Shown piece by piece: positions 1 through 23,540 of a DNA stretch of 64,000 bases (positions are counted from its first letter, which is position 1; every line of letters starts with the position of its first letter). The DNA comes from Amoebidium appalachense (lineage: Eukaryota > Protista > Ichthyosporea), in assembly GCA_963693365.1 (NCBI GenBank), contig CAVNZM010000001.1:4046907-4110906 (forward strand), read 5' to 3'. The position numbers were made by a program, and so were the translations under genes. Below the pieces are notes generated by a model. The model did not search any database and was not told the origin of the DNA. It saw nothing but the letters and a program-made list of their open reading frames with translations.

Positions 1-418
1 GTTTTTTGGATGATTCCTGATTGTATTCTTGCTGGTTTGGATATTTGAGAATGTGGAGGGGAGGGAGCTCGGCCTTTTTTTTTCCTTTTTTTTTTTGTCT
101 GCGTGTTTTGTGATAATTCCGTGTTTCCAGCTGCTTTTTACTTTCTGATTTCTGGTTGCTTGAAAGGGGGGAGGGGGGGGGGGGGGGGGGATTACACCAA
201 ATTGCCTACGTTGTTGGCCTTATGAAGGAGGCAAGAAGAGGATTAGTTAAAAGTGTGAGTTATTAGAGAGGTAGGTTTTTCATTTTTTTTAAGATACACA
301 GAGCGCACGTAAGCGAAACAACAACACGCATTTAACGTCCAGCGCACATGCACATGCACATTTACATGGGCCCCATCCCCTCCGTGCAACTCTGCCTTAC
401 CCCTGGCTTATGTCACTT

Positions 419-11718
<11,300 letters not shown>

Positions 11719-12190
11719 CATGTCTAACCTATATGACAGGTCATGTATGAGAAAGCCATGTATAATCTGGTCTTCGGTTTCGGTTAAGCAGGTGCGTGGT
11801 GAAAGACAGCAGAGAGGGAGAGGTGTAGATAGCTTCTAGGATACCACAACAGGACCCAATTCTGCTGTGTGCTTTGAGAGTATGAGTAGTTTTTTTTTTT
11901 TGTTTGTTTGTTTTTTTTTTTGGGGGGGGGGGGGGCCTGAATAGTGGGATGTGCCCCCGGGGGGGGAGGGAGGGGGGGGGGGGGGCTGGTTAAATATATG
12001 TGTTCAGGGGCAGGTATGGTTATCTTATTACCACATGTCTGTTTTTACTATAGCTAATCATGTTGATTGCTGGGTTTTTAAAGATGATACATGATGAATA
12101 GAGGCTTACAGGCCTTTCAAAATATCGGTTGTGCACTTTTTTTTTTTTTTTTTTTTTTCTTTCTTTCTTTCTTTTTTTTTTTTTTTTTGT

Positions 12191-12223
<33 letters not shown>

Positions 12224-13032
12224 TAATATGTGTGGGCAGGACCCACCATGCAAAGATGTCTAAACGTGGCCATTGAATTGTCATTACCTATTGCCATGAA
12301 AAGCTGTTATTGGGGTTAGTGACACTTCGTTTTAAAGAGTACATCATGAATCAGGTGTGATTATAATAGGGAAACATGATGCATCAAGTCCTGTGTACTG
12401 TCAGCTGAACCTGGTCACAGATGGTCAAATGGACTCATGCCAGCCGGCTAAAGTTGCTTCTGCAGCCCTTGCAGGGGAGAGAGAGAGAGAGAGAGAGATG
12501 CTGGCCGGTGGTGGTGGTACTGCTGGTGGTGGGTTTTTTTTCTTTCTTTCTTTCTTTCTTTCATTCTTTCTTTCGTCTTTTTTTTTTTTTTTTTTTTTTT
12601 TGCCTCCTCTTTCTTTAGCTTGGTGTGTATGTTGTAGAGGGGGAATAGAGGGAAAATAGACGACAGAGTGTTAAATAATAATAATCGGGCTGGTTGACCA
12701 TATATTTATAGGTTATACCGTGTACAATTAGTGTAATAAGAACCAGTGAGCTTACAAGGGTGCTCTGCCAACGTTAGTTACACCTAAATGAACGGTGACC
12801 TAAGAAGCGCATCACCACACGTTCATTATCTAAGCGTTGGTCTAGAATGTAGAATAATACAAACTAGCGGACTTAGTCCCTGCCTTAGGCGTCCCAAGTA
12901 GCTATATACGAACTGGTTCGAGCCGGTGTATGGCTATGTGTTGCAATGGACACTGTAAACAATGATATACACGGCAATCGGTGAAGTGAGGTGTCAATCG
13001 ATGGTCAAACAAGCCTTATTACATCCAAAATT

Positions 13033-13082
<50 letters not shown>

Positions 13083-13290
13083 GGGGGGGGGGGGGGGAAG
13101 GACCGGAAAAGCATCCAGCTACACGCAACACCCCGTCCAATCAAATCACAGCAGGAGGGCAAACGTTCTAAAACGTTTGACGTGTGTGCGTGTTTGTGTG
13201 TGTGTGTGTGAGTGTGTGTACGGTGTGTGTGTGTGCGTGTGTGTGTGTGCGTGTGCACGGATGTGTGTACCACGTGTGTGCGGCTGTCTT

Positions 13291-13343
<53 letters not shown>

Positions 13344-13707
13344 CGGCTGGGTGGGTGGGTGGGTGTGTGTGGTGCAACCTCTGCCAAGCCTCATGCACGT
13401 AGGCACGAGTATACCAGTGTGCCGTACGGATGCACGATGGTAACAGGTTTTGGGTGTTATATTGTCTGAGGTCAGACTTGATGTGCGGTCATGGCACCGA
13501 CATATTTCATTAAAACCACTCCGAGTGCCCATTTGGGTTGCTCACATGGTAATTTTATACATACATTCGTTCTGATGGGCTGCTATATGCTTTTGCCATA
13601 ACCTACTATCTAGTGCACAACAATCACATAAATTTACATTAACATCTTCCGATGAGTTGGGAGATCTGTCGTTCATATCCAGTAGTCAAATATTTCCGTT
13701 TTCTCAG

Positions 13708-13756
13708 CGAATTTCACCTTCACCGAATTTCACCTTCACCAGATATATATCTGGTG
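13708..13756. repeat. 16-nt tandem duplication followed by a perfect 20-nt palindrome
   Basis: CGAATTTCACCTTCAC x2, then CACCAGATATATATCTGGTG (13737-13756), which is self-complementary. Confidence 0.85.
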
Positions 13757-13962
13757 CCCTTTGCATACTACTTAAATGCATATTCATCAGATTACTAACT
13801 CGCACACCATCAGCACTGAGTACCTACTAAATAGGGAAACTGTGTTATTTAGGAGAATGCGCAATATTTGGGGTAATGTGAAATTTGAAGACAACCCTGT
13901 AACCAGGTAATTTCGTAGAAACAGTAACAACACAACCCACTATACTAAAATTAGTAACCCCA

Positions 13963-14034
<72 letters not shown>

Positions 14035-14117
14035 CAGCATTGACATAGATCATAGCCGTATGGAGGTACCAACAACAAACAAAATGACAAAACGAGTTCA
14101 GAAACACCGAAAAACGA

Positions 14118-15373
14118 TCACCAAAACGCAGACCCAGAGGACAGCGCACCGCTCGAATGTGATCGTGGAATTGCAGTCTTGGGCAGCGTAAAAATCGGGT
14201 TAATTCGCGCCAATTCCTCCATTCTCCGGGTCAAATCGTCCATATCTCCGACATCCCCATCACCCTCTTCGTCGGTGTCGCTATTGTTCTGCCGTGCCTG
14301 CATATATATCCGTAATCTCTCGAATTCCTCCTGCCTGGCCCGTTCCACCTCCAGGGCTCCCAGGGTTAGCAATCTCTCCTGGGCCATGTTTAACCTCCAT
14401 TCCTCCACTTCCATTCTCGTCTTCTTTCTCTCCTTCGACCCAGAAAGCGCCGTTTCTTTTGCAATCTCGACAAATCGTTTTGCACTGTTTCGTCTTTGAA
14501 GCTGCCTGGTTCCGGTCACCTGAAATTCAATCGAAGCGCTTGAGAAAGGGGTCCTATTCGGACTATCGATTCCCAAATCCGACCCCGTTCTCCCTGCCGT
14601 GCTGCCGAAACTTCCAACCGACCCGGATGCAAGGGATCCCCCCTGGCCAGGCTTTTGGTGGTATTTCCCCCAGAAAACCTGCTGACTTTCGCGTAAATTG
14701 GGTTCTTTTTGTGAATTTCTTCTGCCTAGCGCCCTCATGCTCATGCTCGTGCTACGCGACCTCGAGAAATGTGATGTATCGTTTCCAAACGTCAGCCCGT
14801 CGAGAGAGAAGTTAGCAATTGCCGGTGATGTCTCCTTACTATTTATGGAAAGGTCGCCCACATCGCCATTCTTCTTTCGTCGAAATATCCCCTTTGTGAT
14901 AGTCTGAAAAAGGGAGTGTTTGGCTTTACTCGTAGTGACCTTTTCCTCAGGTGGAATAGGCCGCCCGGGGTCTGTGAGGACGTAGTGAAGTTCTTTTCGT
15001 AGGACTCTGTGGGGATTTTGATTAAGGAAGTTAGCGACTGTTTACCATACATCATGATTCTTAGAAAGCAAGAGGGGGGGGGGGGGGGGGGAGGGGTTGA
15101 CCAAACGGGTGATGAGATCTAGACATTATTATTTGGGGGGGGGGGGGGGGGGGGGGGGGGGAGGGGGGGGGGGGGAGGGTGGAAGGCCGTGAATGGGGTG
15201 CTAAAGTGTTTTTTGGGGGTGTGAGTGGCGCACTGTTTGCTTTTTTCATTCACCCCTGTATTTTATTTTATTTGCGCTGTATAATATTGAGAATCCATAT
15301 GACTGTATATGTATATACGCTGTATAATATGGACAATCCGTACGTGCTGTAATATATTGATATATATATATAG

Positions 15374-15450
<77 letters not shown>

Positions 15451-15538
15451 TATATATATATATATATGCATGCTGTATAATGATGACAATCCACATGTGC
15501 TAAAAACGGACTTGCATAAGTGGGTGGGTGGTGGTGGT

Positions 15539-15570
<32 letters not shown>

Positions 15571-15734
15571 TGAGTGCAATGGGCCTTCCCCCCTCCCCTC
15601 CCTCCCCCTCCTTCTCCTCCCCCCGCCCCCTCCCCCCTGTTTTTCACCTCCCCCCTCCTTTGAAAAATCCAAAAACAAAAGACTTTAACTGTTGCGTACA
15701 GCAAGTGCACCAAAGCTTACCCACACCCAGAATA

Positions 15735-15774
<40 letters not shown>

Positions 15775-16664
15775 ACAAAAAAAAAAAAAAAAAAAAAAAA
15801 AAACATACATCCACCTCCCCCACACCCGAAGCACGCACGACATCCACACACACAGAGCCTAGAGAGAGAAAACAGGACACAACATTCAAGAAACTACCCT
15901 CGTTATTCCTAACCTGAGTGTGGATAGAGCATACTCACAGTGATTGCTCTCAATACTCCTTGCCTATGTGAAGTTAGGGCATGCATGCACAGCCTACGTG
16001 TTGGTGTGCATCTCTTGAGTCACGTCACATATTCATGTGTGAGCATTAGTGTGGGTGTCCATGCAACATCACTGCCAGAGGTAGCCTTGTGTGGTACAAA
16101 AGCCATCAATCAGCTAGATAGCACACGGACCAGTTGTGCACGAAGTGTTCCCTTCGCCCCGATCAGCAGACGGCTACTATAAATGCAAATCATCATGGTG
16201 TCAAGGCTACCACAAAACAAAACGTGCAAAGATGTATTGGGGCATGTCAGCACCGCACAGGACATGTTACACACAATTGCTTGCACCATACACTTGCACA
16301 CACACTCTCTCACATGCAACATACATATGAGACTGCCTGCACACTCGCACGAACCATTTCCTCGCAAGAAACAATGTATGTACGTAGACAAGGTCTAGCA
16401 GACACACGTTGGACATATACCAACGCACGTACACCTTTGACACATGCACGCAAGGCATACAAACACGGAGCGCATCAAGGCGTGCATGCACAAACACGTG
16501 TACGCACAGAGCCCTACGTACACGCACACTCATCACATCCAAACGGTACTTGGCCTTGCACACACGATCACACGCACCCTGACACACACAGCGTCTTCAC
16601 TACATATTAGCACACACACACCAAGACGTGCACACACACACGCACGCACTCGCCGTGACGTAAA

Positions 16665-16731
<67 letters not shown>

Positions 16732-16809
16732 CTTCTCGTCTGCCTGTGGATAGCTCGGAAGTTGCGAGAAGTCCACCGAAGCGCTCGAGACTCTTCGAGA
16801 CGCACTCAT
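14118..16809 (-). CDS. Hypothetical ~322-aa Ser/Arg/Gly-rich protein with a short charged, probably coiled-coil segment
   Basis: Exon 1 16809-16730 (MSASRRVSS...DEK, phase 2, donor GTGTGT) joins in phase to exon 2 15006-14118 (acceptor CCCCACAG with upstream GCTAAC branch motif). Exon 2 is an 889-nt open frame ending SSGSAFW*. No family recognised. Confidence 0.7.
15360..15466. repeat. (TA)n microsatellite
   Basis: Long TA array in the intron of the 14118-16809 gene. Confidence 0.95.
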
Positions 16810-18091
16810 TGTGCTGTTATAAGAGCATAAAACGTTAACTTAATATTCTGTGAATATGCTGCCTTCACAAGCCAAGAGAAAATAGGTTCACGGAAAATCG
16901 TAGCCGTAAGCAAAGGTTTTTTGCAAAACAACTAGAAACGGGTGCATGCTGTGGTAACACTCAACCGCACACCATCCTACACCATCGCCTTCCCTGTTTG
17001 TGTGTTTGCCTGATTTTATGACCAACAGAGAACACTAAGAACACGCAGGAAATAAAGGTTAAACACGCCACCCTTACTTGTGTGTCACAGGCAGCATAGA
17101 GTAACAGTATTTTAGAGCCTCAGAGACAACGGCTGTCTTAAACACAACCAAATTTTGAGGACGTATGTACACGAACAAACACGCGTAACCTGTGACCTGT
17201 GTCACACGTATGATCTGCGCCCTTGCGGATGCCATCTAGCGCACATACCTCATCCTGATCTAAGATACGGCAAGGGTATTTGCAAACGATGTAAACGAAG
17301 AAAAAATAAATACCTGAAATGTTCAACGTTGGTTCTAGAATTATAATTTACATTAAATTACATTACATTACATTTTACATGTACTGTTATATTCATAAGT
17401 TTACAGTTGCATTCAGAGATGTGCATATGCTTGCCAACGGGGTCACGACAGCGAAGCGATCTTACTGCGGACTGAACTAATCTGGCAAGAATTCATTTTA
17501 CCGTAACTTCCCCAAAGAATTTGTAAATGATTAACGATTGGTGTATTGTCAACGTAAAAAGGCTAAGTATTATTTAAACCTAAACAAAACTTAATATCAT
17601 AGATTTTTGTTTACCGTAAGCAGAGGCTGTGCCCAGTTCGCGATGCCATCATGCCACCATCATTGCACTGGAATTTCAAGTGCTGCCCAGCCCGTTGCAC
17701 GGTACGCGGCGGGATATGACAGAACACAGCGGCAAGGTAACATTTTTTTATAACAGTAACTAAAACAAAAAATAGGGGAGAAAATGAATCGAACAGGTGA
17801 GCTTGAAAAACTTATTTATCAATACAGACAGACTAGAGATTTTGGCTGAGAGGGGTCAACTCAACCCACGGTGGTGGATAATTCCTGCTAGATCCGGAGC
17901 GTGCAGCAATTTTCTTATATTCACGGGGCCAAATTTTCACTAAGTTTCTCAAATATCAAAAACAAAACATTGTGAAAGCGGCGCGGAGTACTCATAAAAC
18001 GAACGTTAATATTTCATCTATAACAATATAACTCCAAAAGCTCGAGATGAAAGCGTTTTTACTATTTGTTGAACAGTTTATCAATAAAGTC

Positions 18092-18132
<41 letters not shown>

Positions 18133-18644
18133 AATTCTTCTGCTCAAATAATGTTGCTCCGGAGAGTATAGGAGAACCCATGATGAGCATTTTTAGCCAA
18201 TCAGAACGAATGCTTGTGCGTTCTTTCGTTAATTTTTAGTCTCATAGCTATGTTTGATTGGATATGGCTGGAATAGTCGATCCTTGGAATGTTTAGGAAC
18301 ATTACCCCAAGCTCGAGGCTCAGCCTCAGTGCACGTCAGGCCCGTCTGCCTGTCTACCACTTCGAATGTCAAAGGCTGTGCTACTCCGGACAGCTACTCG
18401 GACACTGAGAGGGGCTTTCTCCATTTTTTTTGTAACTCAGGCCCTCCTTTCCATTAGCGCTATGTATTTGACCAGCGCTGGTCTGGCAGTCCGACCGGGT
18501 CACTGACTCAGTCACCGCTAGCGTTTGTCAGTGGCTGCAGATCGCTGTCACAGCAGTGCAGTAGCTCGAGGCCTCTCACGGTCCCATGCCATGCTGGTCA
18601 CGGCCCTGCAGCCGTTCCCAAAAAAAAAACAAATAAAAACAAAC

Positions 18645-18679
<35 letters not shown>

Positions 18680-18691
18680 ACAGCCTGGCTG

Positions 18692-18843
18692 CACGGTATC
18701 GGCGAATCATCACGGTGCACGTGCATCAGGATCATCGGAATGATGTCGGTGGCCTACACGAACACACAAACACACATTTTCACACACACACGTAACACAC
18801 CCACACCCACACCCACACGCACACACACACACACCGCATGCAT

Positions 18844-18874
<31 letters not shown>

Positions 18875-19029
18875 CGACACGGTATCGGCGAATCATCACG
18901 GTGCACGTGCATCAGGATCATCGGAATGATGTCGGTGGCCTACACGAACACACAAACACACATTTTCACACACACACGTAACACACCCACACCCACACCC
19001 ACACGCACACACACACACACCGCATGCAT

Positions 19030-19063
<34 letters not shown>
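18692..19063 (+). repeat. 186-bp tandem duplication (2 near-identical copies)
   Basis: Unit begins CACGGTATCGGCGAATCATCACGG at 18692 and again at 18878; it contains CA and CACG microsatellites. Confidence 0.92.
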
Positions 19064-19064
<1 letters not shown>

Positions 19065-19396
19065 CAGACACACGCACACGCACGCACACGCACGCACAAG
19101 CACGCACACACACGCCGTGAGTCACGGTGACATGATTTGCTAACACATGTTCAAGTAATATTGTGCCTACACCCGCGCGCGCGTGGCACACATGTACATC
19201 GGGCACTGGCACGCACACAACCCACTAATCGAACATGTGGTAACACACACACACACTGTCAGCACGCACACAAGCACACACACCAACAAAACAGTGTCAC
19301 ACACACGCACATACAATTGAATGTGGTACTGCGCTACGCCACACCGTGACACACCAACAACCTGAAAGTCCGCGGCACACACACACAACACACACA

Positions 19397-19463
<67 letters not shown>

Positions 19464-19537
19464 CACACACACACTCACACACATACCCACACACACACAC
19501 ACACACACACATACACACATACACACACATACACACA

Positions 19538-19580
<43 letters not shown>

Positions 19581-19762
19581 ATACACACACACACACACAC
19601 ACACATACACCCCCACACACACACACACACACTGTCACACTGTCACACTGTGACACACAACCGGGCACACACATTCACACACACACACACACACCGTGGC
19701 ACATTGGCACGTCCCAGACGTACACTGGGACACACACACATGTACACATGCATGCATGCGCA

Positions 19763-19814
<52 letters not shown>

Positions 19815-20094
19815 AACACACACATTCATGAACGGTGACCGACACGCACGCACACACGTTTTTTCCCACACACACCGTTTCACTTCATTATGATGAGTTA
19901 ATAAATGAATTTGAAAATCAACATTAATAAAGAATTCTTTTGTACCGATGCACGTGTACGCTGGGGGATAGTCAAGGCAGCCGCTGTGTGTGTGTGACAC
20001 TAGTACGAGTGTGTGTGTGTGTGTACATGTGTGGGCGTAGGTGTGGGTGTGTGTTACGGTGGGCGGGTGGAGCATCCGGGGTGGTTGGGGAGGG

Positions 20095-20133
<39 letters not shown>

Positions 20134-21068
20134 GGGGGGGAGGGGGGGGGGGGGGGGGAGCAAGGCCCAAGACTTCAAGTTGGTACCAAAAAAAAAAAAA
20201 CCTCATCTCTTCAAAATCTGGCATATGCTATGATAATCTATTATTGTTTTTGTTATCTTCTTTTTAAGTTCTCCGCGTGCAAGAAACAAGATAGTACGCT
20301 TGGTTTCCTGGGCATGTTAATTAGAGAGAAAAGAATCAGGCGACATCATGTATGTCACCGTGTTTGTTACGACTTTACGAATCAAAGCCTGTGAGTGGAT
20401 TTGGATGCGAACATGGCTCGTGTCGCAGTGCATGCATGCGCAAGGCGAGCCAGGCACTGTGTGTGCTTATGTCTGTATGTAAGTGCGTCTGTGTGCCTGT
20501 TTCACGGTACCCATGCATTGTGTGTGTCATAGCATATCGTGATGTGATGATTGGATGGCCCGCGACGATGATAGTTCTGTGTGTGCGTGCGTGCGGGTAT
20601 GCGTGCGTGCGTGTGTGTGTGTGTGTGCCTGCAGTGTGCGTGTGTCCCTGTGTGCCTCCAAGCATGTGTGTTAGTGTGTGCGCGCGTGTGCATGCGTGTA
20701 TGCGTGTGTGCGTGCTTGCGTGGGTGTGTTAGTGTGTGTGCGTGATGGTGTTCGTGCGTGTGTGCATGTATGCCTGCGCGGCTTACGCATGCGTTAGTTT
20801 GGGTGTGTGTGTGTGTGTGCATGCTTGTGTGTGTGCGTGTGCGCACGCAGTGCCACGCGCATGTGAGTGCGCGCTACGTGTGTGTGTATCACAGTGTGTG
20901 TGTGTGTGTGGTTTACATGTAGTGGTGTGTGCGTGTAAGTAACAACAAATAATCAACACAGACCAACGTTAACCACACGAAATGCTCTGCAACCAGGTGT
21001 CATTTCTGCCCACGGCTGCCCTCACCCACTGCGTGTGTCATCGATCATCCCCCGCCCCCTCCCCCCTC

Positions 21069-21102
<34 letters not shown>

Positions 21103-21687
21103 ACCCCACCCCACCCCGGCCGGGGGACCCCCTGTCCACCCCCTACTGTCCCGGCCAACAAAAAAAACCCGTGACCTATCAGCCCAGACTAGATCTAGAA
21201 AAAGGCCCCGGGGGAGAAGAGGGAGGGGGGTGCGGGGGGTAAGGGGGGAGTGGGGGGGGATGGGGGGGGGGATGGGGGTAGGTAGTCTTTGAAGAAGGGG
21301 GGGGGGGGGGGGGAGTAGTGTCGGAAGGGGGGGGGGGGTTTGGGGGGGGGGGTAGGTAGTCTTTGAAGGGGGGGGGGGGGGGGGAGTATACTACGTAGTG
21401 TCGGAAAGGGGGCGGAGGGGAGGAGGAGGGGGGGGGGGGGGGGGGGGGGGATAACGAGCCCCTACAGCCCAGGAACTTGTGACCTCCGACCATAGGCCCT
21501 GCACCCTGTTTACCTGCTAGGTTAATTGAAATAGCTTGCATTGTGCTATTATCAGCTGGAGGTCTAAGTTGCAGGAGTAGTTGTGGAAATACAGGCAACC
21601 TGGTACCAGGCTGCCGGCCCACACACCTGACAGGTATCACCTGTGTCCAATGTGCTGTGTCGGTAACTTAAATCCCCCGCCCTCCTC

Positions 21688-21689
<2 letters not shown>

Positions 21690-21776
<87 letters not shown>
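21690..21776 (+). repeat. ~85-nt poly-C tract with one T interruption
   Basis: Longest near-pure C homopolymer I noticed in the window; its exact length may be an assembly artefact. Confidence 0.9.
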
Positions 21777-22267
21777 TTCACGGGGCGGAACAGCCATAGT
21801 CGCAATACTAAAGGGTGTATAACAAAACTGGAGGTGTGTCGACTTGTTGTAACTGTACCATCTACGAGAAGACCAGCTTAGAGTACTCTCTTCGACCCGA
21901 TGATAAAAACGAACGCATATCGTTTTCTCCCCTATACAGTGATTCCGCCGTGAACGTTGGCCGTGATGGAACATTTTTGATACTCCTATCAAACAACATA
22001 TAAACACATTTAAACGGTCGTCACGGCGGTGTAGTGCCGATGGCAAATGTAAAAAACAACACACTCACAGCAGGCACCCAGACACATAACAATTGGCACA
22101 CTAGAATGATATTAGACACACGGGACTATGATTATTTTGAGGGCAAATTGGATGTATTGATTGGTTTGAGAAACACACAACCACGGAAGTCTATTAGCAC
22201 ACGCACGCACACACGCACGCAGGCACACACATTCGTGCACATACACAGACACGCACGCGCGCGCGCG

Positions 22268-22341
<74 letters not shown>

Positions 22342-22947
22342 ACACACACACACACCCACACCCACACCCACACCAGCTGACACCGATTGAGTGCCCCAAT
22401 GGGAGCCCCGAAAAAAAGAAATGGGAATCCAACTGTTATCTTCTTTTTAGTTTGTCATACAGCATGATACGTATACTTTTTTTTTTTTTTTTTGGGGGGT
22501 GTATGTGCGTCTGTGTGTTACAGTGATCTGGTTTGCATGGTCTCGGTTATGTTGCGTGTCGTTATCTGATTAGTTAACATCAACAAAGGGATGTATATCC
22601 TATGTATCAAGATGTACATATCCATGATTTATATGGGACAAATGTTTTGTTTTCGCATTGGCTAGAGGGAGCGGCGAATAAAGTGCAACGATCCTCATCT
22701 TGAACGTATTGAGCAGACCCATCACCCGACCTCCATGCCCCTGATCATGATCAGTGCTAAGGGGACATACCGAAACCCCTCCATACCTCATGCAGTCTCT
22801 CTGTGCCTCGAGCAAACAGGATATTAAAACTCCCCGTACTCATGGGTGCCGTGAGTATTATCATCTTTGAATTACATATAATGAAGCTTGCAGTAATCAT
22901 TCAGCTCAGCTAAAAGTTTTGGGGTATTCTCGTGTGTGCGCACATGA

Positions 22948-22986
<39 letters not shown>

Positions 22987-23378
22987 ACACACACACCCCA
23001 AAGTGTACACCCTTGTTAATCGAACTTAGAGGGAGAAGCCGATTCCTACATGCAGCTGACCCGTCCGAAACTGGCACACACACCATCATGCCAAAATAAG
23101 GATATAAGGTTTTTCAAATCCCTTCTACCTATGTATCTCCCAACCTGACACACAGTCACTTCCTCTGTCCGGGACCCACAGAGAGGCCGCAAAACCATTT
23201 GGCAAGCCTGACGATATGGTATGATCCTGTTGACATTCTAACTCAATGATAAATCAATGAACCATTTATTTGACCCGACATATTTGATCGGTATATGCAC
23301 GTTGACGCTGCCGTGCGTGACAGACAGTTGGCTCTCAATTTGGTCGGACATCACTGATACCTTGCAACCAATCGCAAC

Positions 23379-23448
23379 TGCCTAGATATAACCCTTTATG
23401 GTAACTAAAGCCAAATGCCTAGATATAACCCTTTATGGTACCTAAAGC
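23379..23448 (+). repeat. Direct repeat, 37-nt period
   Basis: TGCCTAGATATAACCCTTTATGGTA(A/C)CTAAAGC occurs twice, just past the stop codon of the adhesin-like gene. Confidence 0.88.
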
Positions 23449-23540
23449 TAGTTTTGTAGGTTTCCCAACGAGGGTAGGAATATCTCAGGGATCTGTTTGC
23501 ACACATTATCTGAATTGTCTACCATTAGCAACTTGCGCTA

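Noticed and set aside
14843-15055. 70-aa ORF MMYGKQ... overlapping gene 2, suggesting a frameshift
   Set aside because: Explained by the splice acceptor at 15007; the true frame is continuous with the 14118-14861 ORF.
17155-17346. Cys-rich 63-aa ORF resembling a zinc finger
   Set aside because: Non-ATG start, ligand spacing fits no family I recognise, and no supporting exon structure.
18180-18260. ATGATGA box C-like motif suggesting a C/D snoRNA
   Set aside because: No suitably placed CTGA box D or terminal stem.
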